Positions 52,509 through 61,046 are shown, counted from the first letter of the stretch. The stretch is DNA of 64,000 bases from Rhodospirillales bacterium (GCA_051117645.1 JBNPEI010000001.1:14717-78716), one strand, 5' to 3'. Notes: generated from the sequence alone by a model not told the origin. Program-made: numbers and translations.

Positions 52509-52759
52509 TTTCTCCCCAACATCTTCTCTATTTCATTGTTGTTTTACCACACGCTAAGCTTTCTCAAATCATTCAAGGCGTTTCCTTTTTCAATCAGTTT
52601 GTCTCCAGTCAAATTTGCATGCGCGATGCGGGTTTATCTACTAAGCCATAAGTTGTGCTAGGCTACCACTTTACTCTCGCGGTGCAACGTATCTGGATGA
52701 GCGACAGAACGACCAATCTATGGTGTTAGTGGGGTAGTTGTTTTCCGAACCAGTGAACG

Positions 52760-53485
52760 TTATCGCTTGGACTTCCTCCACCCCGCATCCCTAGCGTGCT
52801 CCTCACTACAGAAGTAGCGCTCGCCTTTGGTCGGGTCGATTATTGTCCGTGAGTAATATTGCCCACCTGGTATGTGATAGATCCTATCGCCAGAATGGCC
52901 GATGTTTCCTTTTATTAGGCATTCTTCGTTGTCATTGACCGCTTCGGCCTTAAGTCGTGTCCCGCGGCGCCACTCCCAAGGGGCAACGAACTCTCCAGCC
53001 CACATACCAACTCTGGAGGCCTTTGCACTGGCTTCCGCTTGAACATATGCAGTGGAGTACCGGCGGTACGCGAGGGCCAAGCCATTCCGCACCATTTGAT
53101 CCCCAATATCGATACCATTTGCTATACAACGGCCGACGATACGGCCATATCTGTCTCGGTCCATAGTTTCACAAGTAACTTGAGCGCCTTCAATAAGTTC
53201 GCGCAACGCTTTGCCAGCCTCTTGACCACACAACCATTCAAGCTGGTTTTTCCGACACGTTTGACGGCCTTCGGGAGCATCAATGCCGTGAATGCGAACG
53301 CGCTTCCCAGATACCTCCAAGGTGTCGCCATCGATGACTTGAGCGAAGCCCAGAAGGTTCTCTGAGTGAGCCGTGCAGGGCAGCAAAGTGAGAAATAAGG
53401 TGAGTGACATTGCTAGATGTAGACGCGCCCGGCAGGCAGTCACCGCCTTCTCTCCTCTTCCCTTCTGTTCCCCCATGATGTTCAC
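52760..53485 (-). CDS. secreted thermonuclease (SNase) family protein with C-terminal Cys-containing domain
   Basis: The SNase core reads VIDGDTLEV.GKRVRIHGIDAPE...GRIVGRC...LVRNGLALAYRRY. A signal peptide starts at the internal Met (MSLTLFLTLLPCTAHS, ATG 53410). The C-terminal CLIKGNI...IYHIPGGQYY...YFCSEEHARDAGWRKS motif resembles the so-called sunset domain. Confidence 0.8.
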   Translation of the reverse strand: MNIMGEQKGRGEKAVTACRARLHLAMSLTLFLTLLPCTAHSENLLGFAQVIDGDTLEVSGKRVRIHGIDAPEGRQTCRKNQLEWLCGQEAGKALRELIEGAQVTCETMDRDRYGRIVGRCIANGIDIGDQMVRNGLALAYRRYSTAYVQAEASAKASRVGMWAGEFVAPWEWRRGTRLKAEAVNDNEECLIKGNIGHSGDRIYHIPGGQYYSRTIIDPTKGERYFCSEEHARDAGWRKSKR

Positions 53486-54669
53486 TCATCAATATCAATT
53501 TTCATGGATGCGAGAAACGAACCTGATGTTACAGGATCAAGTCGGTCCGCCTGCGCAAGCGCCCATTCCTCCCATTCCTCGTACTGAGCCTCAGAAACGG
53601 AAGATCTCCCCGACGCAATATCTGCCCCGATACCAGCTATATACTCCCGAATGTCTTCCGCTCTCCGGTACTTGAGAGCATCCTCCAACAAACGGTCAAC
53701 CCTGACTTTCTCAATAGCCGCCAATCTCTCTCGCTCTTTGCGCTCGGCTTCTTCCTTTTCGTGCCGCAATCGCTCAATCAGGTTCTGTTTTCGTTTAACT
53801 CTCCATTCGTAGTGGTCTTGTGCGTGCTCGCGGTGACGCCGTTCACCAAAAACGGTGAGTTCGACCACAATGTCACTTAGGCGATGCTCGAGTTTTCCTC
53901 GCCCTGCGTCTTCCCATTTTTCTGATACTGTGGAAGAAAAGCCATCGCTGAAAATATCGAGACGGAGCCTTGTAGACTCTCCTCTTGTTTCAACTGCGGA
54001 TCGCCACTCAGATTTTCGGTTTTGCGATATCGTATCCAGCTCAAAGTACACTGGGGTGTCATTGATAACTGCCGTGAGTTCCCGACCATCCTTTGTCCCG
54101 AAGCGGATCGTCATCCCAAGTCGCTCAAGTCCCAGAGCAATAGAGTTCAATAGATCAAGTCGCCTCTGCTCCACCTCATCTTCAAAGTAGGGTTTGTCCC
54201 AACTGAATATATGCCCACTCTCTTTAGACTGACGTAACCGGTCCTTGTCGGCATCAAGAAATCTCTTCAGTACGTCATGCACTTTCTCGCTTGTCGGAAT
54301 TGCTCGAACCTTCCCCACCTGCTTCCGAACACGGGATTGGACTACGTTAAGATCTTCGTCATACGCAGGCGGAACGGGCGTATCATTCAATATTTCTTCG
54401 TCGGAAATCTGGCTATATCCGTACTCGCGGCCAGCACCAATAGTAACGGTCTCATCCATGCCTGGACCGCGAGGAGGGAGTGGTGCTTTTGGTGCTGTTC
54501 TTCCTGCCGCCAGCCGAGCCCAATACCCACGAGGAGGGCATGGAACATCAAGCTTTCTACATGCCTTCGAAAACCCCGTGTCGGAAATTTGAAACCGCTC
54601 CGCCAGTTTGGTGACCGGCTCATTCCATACCAGGTCGTATAGTTCTGCACGGGTAAATGTGTGAGGCAT
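53482..54669 (-). CDS. hypothetical protein with conserved N-terminal YDLVW...PPRGYWA module and charged coiled-coil region
   Basis: 395-aa ORF. The N-terminus LYDLVWNEPVTKLAERFQISDTGFSKACRKLDVPCPPRGYWARL is a recurrent uncharacterised module that I recognise but cannot name. The C-terminal half is a Glu/Arg/Lys-rich helix. Confidence 0.6.
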   Translation of the reverse strand: MPHTFTRAELYDLVWNEPVTKLAERFQISDTGFSKACRKLDVPCPPRGYWARLAAGRTAPKAPLPPRGPGMDETVTIGAGREYGYSQISDEEILNDTPVPPAYDEDLNVVQSRVRKQVGKVRAIPTSEKVHDVLKRFLDADKDRLRQSKESGHIFSWDKPYFEDEVEQRRLDLLNSIALGLERLGMTIRFGTKDGRELTAVINDTPVYFELDTISQNRKSEWRSAVETRGESTRLRLDIFSDGFSSTVSEKWEDAGRGKLEHRLSDIVVELTVFGERRHREHAQDHYEWRVKRKQNLIERLRHEKEEAERKERERLAAIEKVRVDRLLEDALKYRRAEDIREYIAGIGADIASGRSSVSEAQYEEWEEWALAQADRLDPVTSGSFLASMKIDIDE

Positions 54670-54981
54670 TAGTCTGATACTCTTACAATCCAGTATAAGA
54701 ATTATTTTTCCACCACCAACCAGAAGAACAGCAACTCAGGATCAAAGTCCGCACAGATCCCGGCAGCCGTTGCTTGCTGCGTTCATTCTAAGGTCGTCAG
54801 GAGAATCTATTGACGCCACGGCATAATCCGCGAAGGCAGGAGAGGATAACCTTGACGGCGGGTCTAGTTGATAAGTGTGGCAATTCGAACACGGATAGGA
54901 GAAATCAAAGGAAATGACGCACTAAATGTCTATCCCGGACATACCTTCTTTGAAGAGAACACAAAAAAAGAAGGACAGAAA

Positions 54982-56187
54982 ATGTCACATGATCGATTCA
55001 ACACCGAGATCCAGAAAGCCGTCACCACCCGACCAGAGGCAACCGTTCGTGAACGCGCCGCGGGCCTGGCACGAGAACTCCAGGTAGGCGCTGAGACAGT
55101 TCTGCATTGGTATTACAATCGTCAGCGGCCACCCCACCACCTGGCCCGCCGGGCGATCCTCGATCGACTGAATACGATTGCCCCGTTCCTTCTCTTTGCT
55201 TTCGTCACTATCGCCTTCCCGGTCAACGCTCGCGCGCAAACCGCGAACAACCTCGGCGAAGTCTTCCTTGAGCTCTTCAAAAACGGGACCCTTTCGTCGA
55301 CCGCGGTGTTGATCACTGGCATCGCCTTTCTGGTCGGCATCGGCCTGGTGATCTCTGGATTCATCGGAATGGCGAAAGGCGGCCCGGGCCGCGAGCCAGG
55401 ATCCATTTCAACCGAGGGACTGGCGAAGATCGCGGCGGGTTCATTCATGGTATCCTTGGTCTCTATGATCGGCGTTGGCATTGCGACGTTCGGCGGGCCG
55501 GATGCGTCCATCGCAATGGCGATTCTGCACGCGAACGGTGTACAGAACATCCCTGGTCTTGCCAACGGCGGTGACAATATCATCAGCATGATCGGCAACT
55601 TTGCTGTTACTGCTGCCGGTCCCTTGGCATTCGTAACAATGGCCGTAGCGGTCATCATCGGCTTGATCTTCGTCGCCAAAGGCCTCAGCGACGCAAGCAA
55701 GGTCGGATCGACGGAGAACAGCGGCCGCGTCACATATAAAAGCGCGACCACCCTCATCGTTGTCGGCGTGATGCTGACTAATAGCCCCTGGATCATTGGC
55801 GCCGTTCTTGAATCTTTAGGCCTTGGCCATTTCAGTTTGCTCGGCTCTGCGGCCGAAGATGCCTTCAACAAATTGACCAACGCCGCTAGAGACAGTCTGT
55901 TGTCCTATAACGCGGACAGCGCCGCCGATGTCGACTTCAAAAACTTATCGAAAGCCGCGGCGTCTTTGATCTTCCTGAGCCTGATGCCGTTCGGCCTGAT
56001 CGCCTTCGTCAAGGGCATGGTGATGCTGGTCGGCGCCGCGAATGATCAGGGCGGCGGCCGCGCGACTTTTGGCGCCGCATTCACCTTCATTATCGCCGGG
56101 GCCTGCATGGTGAACGGTTATGACTTTTCGTGCGCCGTGGTGAACACATTTTCCTCCGTGCCGCCGGTGTGGTGCGAAGCTAGATAA
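54982..56187 (+). CDS. polytopic membrane protein built from repeated Gly-rich TM-hairpin modules, with soluble N-terminal region
   Basis: An ATG at 54982 is preceded by AAGGA. The track ORF starts at a TTG at 54868. An ~80-aa hydrophilic N-terminus is followed by 3-4 similar modules (e.g. VLITGIAFLVGIGLVISGFIGMAKGG; LAFVTMAVAVIIGLIFVAKGL; LIAFVKGMVMLVGAANDQGGG). Confidence 0.6.
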   Translation: MSHDRFNTEIQKAVTTRPEATVRERAAGLARELQVGAETVLHWYYNRQRPPHHLARRAILDRLNTIAPFLLFAFVTIAFPVNARAQTANNLGEVFLELFKNGTLSSTAVLITGIAFLVGIGLVISGFIGMAKGGPGREPGSISTEGLAKIAAGSFMVSLVSMIGVGIATFGGPDASIAMAILHANGVQNIPGLANGGDNIISMIGNFAVTAAGPLAFVTMAVAVIIGLIFVAKGLSDASKVGSTENSGRVTYKSATTLIVVGVMLTNSPWIIGAVLESLGLGHFSLLGSAAEDAFNKLTNAARDSLLSYNADSAADVDFKNLSKAAASLIFLSLMPFGLIAFVKGMVMLVGAANDQGGGRATFGAAFTFIIAGACMVNGYDFSCAVVNTFSSVPPVWCEAR

Positions 56188-56255
56188 CTGTGCTTTATAA
56201 AAAAGTGTATTGTGCTTTAATGTTTTACCAGAATACGTAATGATGCATTTATCTC

Positions 56256-56284
56256 TTGACTATGTGAGAATCATTGTTTATAAA
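56256..56284 (+). promoter_or_regulatory. sigma70-type promoter (TTGACT-17 nt-TATAAA)
   Basis: TTGACT lies at 56256-56261, followed by a 17-nt spacer and TATAAA at 56279-56284. The predicted transcription start is ~56291-56293. Confidence 0.5.
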
Positions 56285-56316
56285 TATCACTGCGTCGTTG
56301 AGAAACGATGCACTTA

Positions 56317-56590
56317 CCCCGACGTTTCGGGGTCTTAAATACGGCCATCCCTGTTTGGGGTGGTGACTGGAAGAAAGTAGAACGTGCACCCTGGCAACAG
56401 GGAAGCGTTCACTCACCCCCGGTGGGGGTCTTAAAAGAAGAAGAACGTGCATCCTGGAAACAGGTGAATGTTCACTTACCCCTGATTTGCGGGGGTCTTA
56501 AAAGGAAGACAGTGCTCTGCCTAGCTGAGCTAAGTGTCTCATACCCCCGATTTTTGGGGGTCTCACCCCCGACTTGCGGGGGTCTCGTGA
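56317..56590 (+). repeat. tandem array of G/C hairpin repeats
   Basis: The five copies are CCCCGACGTTTCGGGG-TCTTAAA (56317-56339), CCCCCGGTGGGGG-TCTTAAAA (56416-56436), CCCCTGATTTGCGGGGG-TCTTAAAA (56479-56503), CCCCCGATTTTTGGGGG-TCTCA (56544-56565) and CCCCCGACTTGCGGGGG-TCTCGTGA (56566-56590). Confidence 0.75.
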
Positions 56591-56646
56591 CGCAACGGTG
56601 TGCATGCCGTTGTCATTTTCCCGCCGAGAAGGCGGTTAATCGGAAA

Positions 56647-56676
56647 GCGGGTCTTCGGGCCCGCTTTTTGATTTTT
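56647..56676 (+). terminator. intrinsic terminator
   Basis: GCGGGTC-TTCG-GGCCCGC forms a 7-bp stem with one G-U pair and a UUCG tetraloop, followed by TTTTTGATTTTT. Confidence 0.65.
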
Positions 56677-56803
56677 CGTCATCCAGTAATTTGATCAGCC
56701 GCATCATGTGCCGCGTAATGATCCTCGCTGAATCAAAAAGGCGAGGAAAAACGCTGGAATTTATAATTTCCGCAACCGTCATTGCATATATTTATAAATA
56801 GAG

Positions 56804-57706
56804 ATGAGCCGGGAGATCTACAAAATGCGAGTACAACGCCTGGCGGGTTTGCTTTTTCTCAGCGCCCTGGCAGTCCAGTCGATTACGGCCGCCCATGCAA
56901 TGAGCGAAGGCGCCGGTCAGGTCGTGGAGTTCCGGGAGCAGAATCAACAGGCCTACGAGCTCATTCGTCCAGACCTTCAATCTATGCCGAACGCCGATTT
57001 TCACCTCATCATGACGGCGATCATCGACCTCGACCGCGACGGCAAGGCGGAAATCGCGTGGCGGGACGAGGACGGCGATACGCCGATGTGCATAGCAAAC
57101 CAGCGTTGTCCGTTCGGGATTTTTTCCGTCAACGAGAACGGCGTCGTCACAGAAACCTTCCGCGGGTTTGCCCGACACATCCGGCTTCGTCCCGATACAT
57201 CTGGAATGCAGATGATCGAAATCGACGGCGCCGAGCTCTGGCGCTGGGACGGGACGAATTACGTCATAGATACGAATTTTTTCGATCAAACCTTTGAGTT
57301 GTCGCCCGTCCCGCCGGATAGCCTACAGCCGGTCACCGAGCTTATGCGCGCCGCCGGTCTAAAAGTCTATTCCGACGACGATCTGCGGTATGCGAACTTT
57401 GACGTCGATGGCGACGAAATCGATGAACTCTTCATTTATCAAGGATCCAACGCCACATGCAGTGAACTCGGGTGCAATATCTACGGGTTTAATGGCACTG
57501 ACGGCTACTGGTTCATGGATGCCGTCGGCGTGCCGCAGATCGCCGTCGCCAAGCCTGTCCGATACGGCGCCAGGTTCGACCCGGACGCTGTTCACGATGG
57601 CGTACCTGACATTATCGTTTTTCACGGTCCACAAGGTTTCACCAGGATGACCTGGGACGGGGACAAAGGCGACTATCGGGCTATTGGCCGGATAACGCCG
57701 AAGTAA
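56804..57706 (+). CDS. hypothetical secreted protein with two DxDxDG-type (FG-GAP/EF-hand-like) modules
   Basis: 300-aa ORF with a signal peptide (LLFLSALAVQSITAAHA) and two similar segments containing DLDRDGKAEI and DVDGDEIDELF, each followed by Cys pairs. Confidence 0.6.
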   Translation: MSREIYKMRVQRLAGLLFLSALAVQSITAAHAMSEGAGQVVEFREQNQQAYELIRPDLQSMPNADFHLIMTAIIDLDRDGKAEIAWRDEDGDTPMCIANQRCPFGIFSVNENGVVTETFRGFARHIRLRPDTSGMQMIEIDGAELWRWDGTNYVIDTNFFDQTFELSPVPPDSLQPVTELMRAAGLKVYSDDDLRYANFDVDGDEIDELFIYQGSNATCSELGCNIYGFNGTDGYWFMDAVGVPQIAVAKPVRYGARFDPDAVHDGVPDIIVFHGPQGFTRMTWDGDKGDYRAIGRITPK

Positions 57707-57727
57707 TAGAAATCGAGGAGGCCCGCC

Positions 57728-58135
57728 ATGACAACTACTCCCGCCGCCGATCTCATCGTCGATTCACCACTTCTCGCGGTCACCAAGGCTGTCTGGCGAT
57801 TGCAGGACAAAGGATATGAACTTGTAATGAAACGCGACGGTAAGGACTGGCTAGTCGGGCCTCCTCAGCCGGATGATTCTCGCCACCTTGTCGCCGATGT
57901 ATATATCAAGTCCACAGACTGTGGCGACGGCCGCTTTCACCACGAGGTCGATCTGCTACCGAATTCTGAGATGCAGGCCGTCATCGAGAACGACCACAAG
58001 GCCGCTCGCGAAGTGTATATGTATCTTGTCGACCCCTTCCAGGATCTGAACGTCGCCGCTCAGATAGATCGCGACGACATCATTTCAGCGATCACGGCAT
58101 ATCACCAGAGACGCCAAGGGACTCCGCCTGCTTGA
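57728..58135 (+). CDS. hypothetical protein
   Basis: 135-aa ORF. AGGAGG lies 7 nt upstream of its ATG, and it starts 21 nt after the preceding gene. I recognise no domain. Confidence 0.55.
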   Translation: MTTTPAADLIVDSPLLAVTKAVWRLQDKGYELVMKRDGKDWLVGPPQPDDSRHLVADVYIKSTDCGDGRFHHEVDLLPNSEMQAVIENDHKAAREVYMYLVDPFQDLNVAAQIDRDDIISAITAYHQRRQGTPPA

Positions 58136-58172
58136 CGTTATGAATTAGGTCGAAATTTGGGCCTGTTACCCT

Positions 58173-58196
58173 AAAGACACACGATGTCTTTATTTT
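58173..58196 (+). terminator. possible weak intrinsic terminator
   Basis: AAAGACA-CACGA-TGTCTTT is followed by ATTTT. The stem is A/T-rich, so confidence is low. Confidence 0.3.
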
Positions 58197-58363
58197 CCCG
58201 CATTATTGACATGTAAAACGCTGACTTTCTGTTTTCAGCATGCATATCAATGCTTGTCTTCAAAGTATTTCTTTTTTATAGATAATGAGTGCTTTTTTCT
58301 TATCTCAAATTCAATTTTATGAGACGATTATGACAGTCAAAATCTAAACAAAGGAGGCCTGTT

Positions 58364-58576
58364 ATGGCTGTTATTATCCAATCCGAAAATGAGTTTTTCT
58401 GCAATCGCGGCGCCGAACTCGTGCATGAGTTCATCGGCGATGCGGCGAACGATAACGTCGACACCGCCGCCGTGGAGAGCCTTCTCGCGGATCGGTTTCA
58501 GACCGATGACGTCGGGCATCTTATCGACCTGGACGGCGATATTCACTTCTTCGTCAACCGGATGCCCGCTGCGTAG
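58364..58576 (+). CDS. small acidic hypothetical protein (70 aa)
   Basis: A strong SD (AAAGGAGG) lies 7 nt upstream of the ATG, and an AT-rich promoter-like region lies further upstream. It competes with an overlapping 113-aa minus-strand ORF (58337-58678) that has no recognisable SD. Confidence 0.4.
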   Translation: MAVIIQSENEFFCNRGAELVHEFIGDAANDNVDTAAVESLLADRFQTDDVGHLIDLDGDIHFFVNRMPAA

Positions 58577-58720
58577 AGGGGCACTCGCCGGAAGCACGCC
58601 CGGGGCCGCTACAATAGCGGTTCCGGGCGTTCCGATTTCGCCATTGTTTCTCATTCGACCAGAGGGCTGAGTAAGCAAATCTCGCGGCCTTGCTATCGGG
58701 CATCGAAACCAACGATGCGC

Positions 58721-59290
58721 TTACTCATCCTCACCTCTTTCTCCTTCTTCCTGACCGAACACTCCGGCAGGCTTCAGTTCTTTCAGCCGCTTCTGGATCT
58801 GCGAGACATTGGTCGGCTGAAAATTCCAGCAATCCACACCAACATCGCATGTGCCGCCACCCGACGGAGTCGAGAAACCCGGCAGTCGACCATGGCTGTG
58901 GCCATGGAGCATTACTGCGCCCCGGCCGATCCGGCGCCATGTACGGAGACCGTAATGGCACAAAACAACGAAAGTCCGATCGACCGAGATCTCCAGGTAT
59001 TCGTTCACAGATGACCAACCGGACGCCTTCCGCGTCTTGTGCTTGTCGTGGTTTCCTGCGACCAAATGTTTCCTGCCGGAAAGTTCTGACAGGTAACTTT
59101 CTGCAGATCTCTCAGCGCCTTGAACAAAATCGCCGATGACGTAGATATCGTCATCCGGCCGAACGACCGCATTCCAGTTCGCAATGATGGCGGCGTCCAT
59201 CTGACGCGCCGTTTCAAACGGGCGATTGCAGTACCGGATGATGTTTTCGTGGCCGAGGTGCAGGTCCGAAGTAAACCAGGTTCTATTCAT
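58721..59290 (-). CDS. metallophosphoesterase (calcineurin-like), short type
   Basis: 189-aa ORF with motifs SDLHLGH, GDF, GNHD and HGHSH in canonical order. Confidence 0.8.
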   Translation of the reverse strand: MNRTWFTSDLHLGHENIIRYCNRPFETARQMDAAIIANWNAVVRPDDDIYVIGDFVQGAERSAESYLSELSGRKHLVAGNHDKHKTRKASGWSSVNEYLEISVDRTFVVLCHYGLRTWRRIGRGAVMLHGHSHGRLPGFSTPSGGGTCDVGVDCWNFQPTNVSQIQKRLKELKPAGVFGQEEGERGEDE

Positions 59291-60132
59291 CAGCCCGCCC
59301 CCGCGATTCTTGATGTCGCAACGACTTTTAGATAGTTCCGCACCAGTTCGACTCCGCCAGAGATCTCGTCTGGCAGCTTCTCGCCAGCAAACTCAAACGT
59401 TGGCATGGGTTGAGGCCCCTCCTCGAAACCGGCGATGTAAACCGGGTCCTTCAGCGGCGGCAACGGACCGTCGATATAATTGCGACCCAGGCGATGCGCC
59501 AACGCGATATCCTCTTCGGTCGGGCCTTCGCGATTCCATTTCTCGTACGTTTCAGCCTGCGATAAGATATTGAGATTATAAGAACCGACGTCAGCGATAA
59601 GCGCGCCAACCCCTGCCCTATACGGGCCCGGCAACATCATCGAAAACCGCTCTACTACTTCGTCGGCGATTTCCGGCTTTAGCCCTGCACGCAATCTACT
59701 GTCTTCCTCAGTGAACACTACAGACGGTTTCGGCGAACGACTGCTCCAGTGTCGTGCGGGATGAGCAGAACATCGAGTCGACATCCAGCCGCCCAACTCC
59801 TGAAGCACGCCGGGGGCACCGCATTCCTCGCAGGTCTGTTCGGACAGCAAGCTGGCGACTTCAACTACAGCCAGGGGAAAATCCTCGGCGCCGACCATAT
59901 ACATCTCCAAGCGGCCGTATTTCTCTTTAACCTGGGTGAACCGACTACCGTCAGATTCGACGTCACGATCATTCGTCAGTGTTAGACAAACCGCTTCAAT
60001 CAGGTCGCGCCAGCCCGGGCCGCATTCCAAGCCAAAACACATAAGCGATTCCGTTGGCGGCAGGTAACGATCCGCGAAAAGGGCGGGATACAGCTCGAAT
60101 AAATTTCTTTGTTCACGTTGCCAATCTTGCAT
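59290..60132 (-). CDS. hypothetical Cys-rich protein, paralogue A (CGPGW / QVKEKYG / CxxCG...C.AH)
   Basis: 280-aa ORF that shares motifs along its length with 61047-61883 (CGPGW, QVKEK(F/Y)G, C-x2-CG-xPG, C-x2-H, ADEVVER). Its stop shares 1 nt with the start of the downstream phosphoesterase gene. Confidence 0.65.
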   Translation of the reverse strand: MQDWQREQRNLFELYPALFADRYLPPTESLMCFGLECGPGWRDLIEAVCLTLTNDRDVESDGSRFTQVKEKYGRLEMYMVGAEDFPLAVVEVASLLSEQTCEECGAPGVLQELGGWMSTRCSAHPARHWSSRSPKPSVVFTEEDSRLRAGLKPEIADEVVERFSMMLPGPYRAGVGALIADVGSYNLNILSQAETYEKWNREGPTEEDIALAHRLGRNYIDGPLPPLKDPVYIAGFEEGPQPMPTFEFAGEKLPDEISGGVELVRNYLKVVATSRIAGAG

Positions 60133-60174
60133 CTGAATATTCCGCTATATTGGTGATTCGGCGCTGGGTTTCGA

Positions 60175-60954
60175 TCAGGACACATCAACAAGTAAACGCT
60201 CGTTGAAGCCCGTCCTTCCTTCGCGCGGATACCCCCGCTGGTTCGATAGAACGCGCGTCTGACCGATAGTGAAATCCATACTCCGATGGGAATGACCATA
60301 AACCCAGAGCGGAACGCCGCTCGCCTCGATTACATCATCGAGATTCGAGTTGAACGCCGGTGATAACTCGTCACCATTGAACTCATCTGGAACGGCCAGG
60401 GGTGAAGGAGAAAAATGCGTGATGACGACGGTCTTCGAAGGATCTCCGCGGCCGAGCTCATCGACCAGAAACTGCTTCTCCGCCTGGAACCGTTCGACGG
60501 CGTCTTCTGGTGTAAACCGGCGCGATGACCCCTCCTCGCCATCAAGGTAGATGAGGCGATAGTCATTCATCCGGTTTCGCGCGCAATCCATTGCCCGATC
60601 AATGTCTAACACGGAGGATCCATAGAGTTGAAAATCGGTCCAGAGTGTGGCGCCAACAAATCTCCAGCCGCCGATCTCGACGACACCCGGTTTCAAAACA
60701 TGGACATCACTTGCCGAAGACGCGCGCTCCATCTTCTCATCAATCGCTTCGATCGAGTTTTGTGTTCTCGAGTAATACTCGTGATTGCCAGGGATATACA
60801 CGACCGGAGTCTTCAACGACATTACGGCCCAGCGGACACCCGCGTCCTCAAGATCGATGTCACCGGCCAGGATGAGGACATCGTAGTCCAAGTCTCCCGG
60901 CAAGGAATACCGGGCAAATTCATTATGAAGATCAGAGAGGATGTGAAGACGCAT
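60175..60954 (-). CDS. metallophosphoesterase (calcineurin-like), Icc/CpdA-like size
   Basis: 259-aa ORF with motifs LSDLHNE, AGDI, PGNHEY, THF and GHSH in canonical order. Confidence 0.8.
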   Translation of the reverse strand: MRLHILSDLHNEFARYSLPGDLDYDVLILAGDIDLEDAGVRWAVMSLKTPVVYIPGNHEYYSRTQNSIEAIDEKMERASSASDVHVLKPGVVEIGGWRFVGATLWTDFQLYGSSVLDIDRAMDCARNRMNDYRLIYLDGEEGSSRRFTPEDAVERFQAEKQFLVDELGRGDPSKTVVITHFSPSPLAVPDEFNGDELSPAFNSNLDDVIEASGVPLWVYGHSHRSMDFTIGQTRVLSNQRGYPREGRTGFNERLLVDVS

Positions 60955-61046
60955 TGGACACCTGACAATTTAGCTGAATCATTACTGAATGGGATTCTGG
61001 TCAGATGCTCAATGAGCGCGAGGAGTGTAGCGCTCCTCAATCAGAA

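Larger units (their letters stand above)
56292..56676 (+). ncRNA. candidate ~385-nt modular structured RNA (tandem two-hairpin units); family unknown
   Basis: The locus is bounded by the promoter above and a strong intrinsic terminator. It contains five CCCC(C)-loop-GGGG(G) hairpins with a conserved TCTTAAA(A)/TCTC tail, four of them preceded by a longer hairpin and a CAC-TYA (or CA-TA) linker. The only ORF (56308-56694) merely mirrors the nucleotide repeats. Confidence 0.45.

Noticed and set aside
54670-54981. Upstream extension of the membrane-protein ORF from a TTG at 54868.
   Set aside because: The extension encodes a hydrophilic peptide with no SD. The ATG at 54982 has an AAGGA at good spacing. 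The region more likely holds the divergent promoters for 53482-54669 and 54982-56187.
56317-56590. Possible CRISPR array.
   Set aside because: The repeats are only ~13-17 nt palindromic cores with variable loops. Spacing is irregular (about 97, 63, 65 and 22 nt). The intervening segments are themselves related hairpins, and there are no cas genes in the window.
56308-56694. 128-aa ORF covering the hairpin-repeat locus.
   Set aside because: Its apparent internal peptide repeats (GVLN/GVLK/GGLK/GVSP/GGLV) only mirror the nucleotide hairpin repeats. It has no SD and runs through the intrinsic terminator. An RNA-level explanation is more parsimonious.
56292-57706. Type III toxin-antitoxin locus (repeat RNA, terminator, then a toxin gene).
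   Set aside because: The repeats-then-terminator architecture is reminiscent of type III TA loci. However, the downstream ORF is a 300-aa protein with a Sec signal peptide and DxDxDG modules, not a ToxN/AbiQ/CptN/TenpN-like endoribonuclease. The idea is kept only as an architectural analogy.
58337-58678. 113-aa minus-strand ORF overlapping the 70-aa plus-strand ORF.
   Set aside because: It has no recognisable SD or motifs. The plus-strand ORF has a strong AGGAGG at ideal spacing and an AT-rich upstream region. The choice remains uncertain, so the plus-strand call has low confidence.
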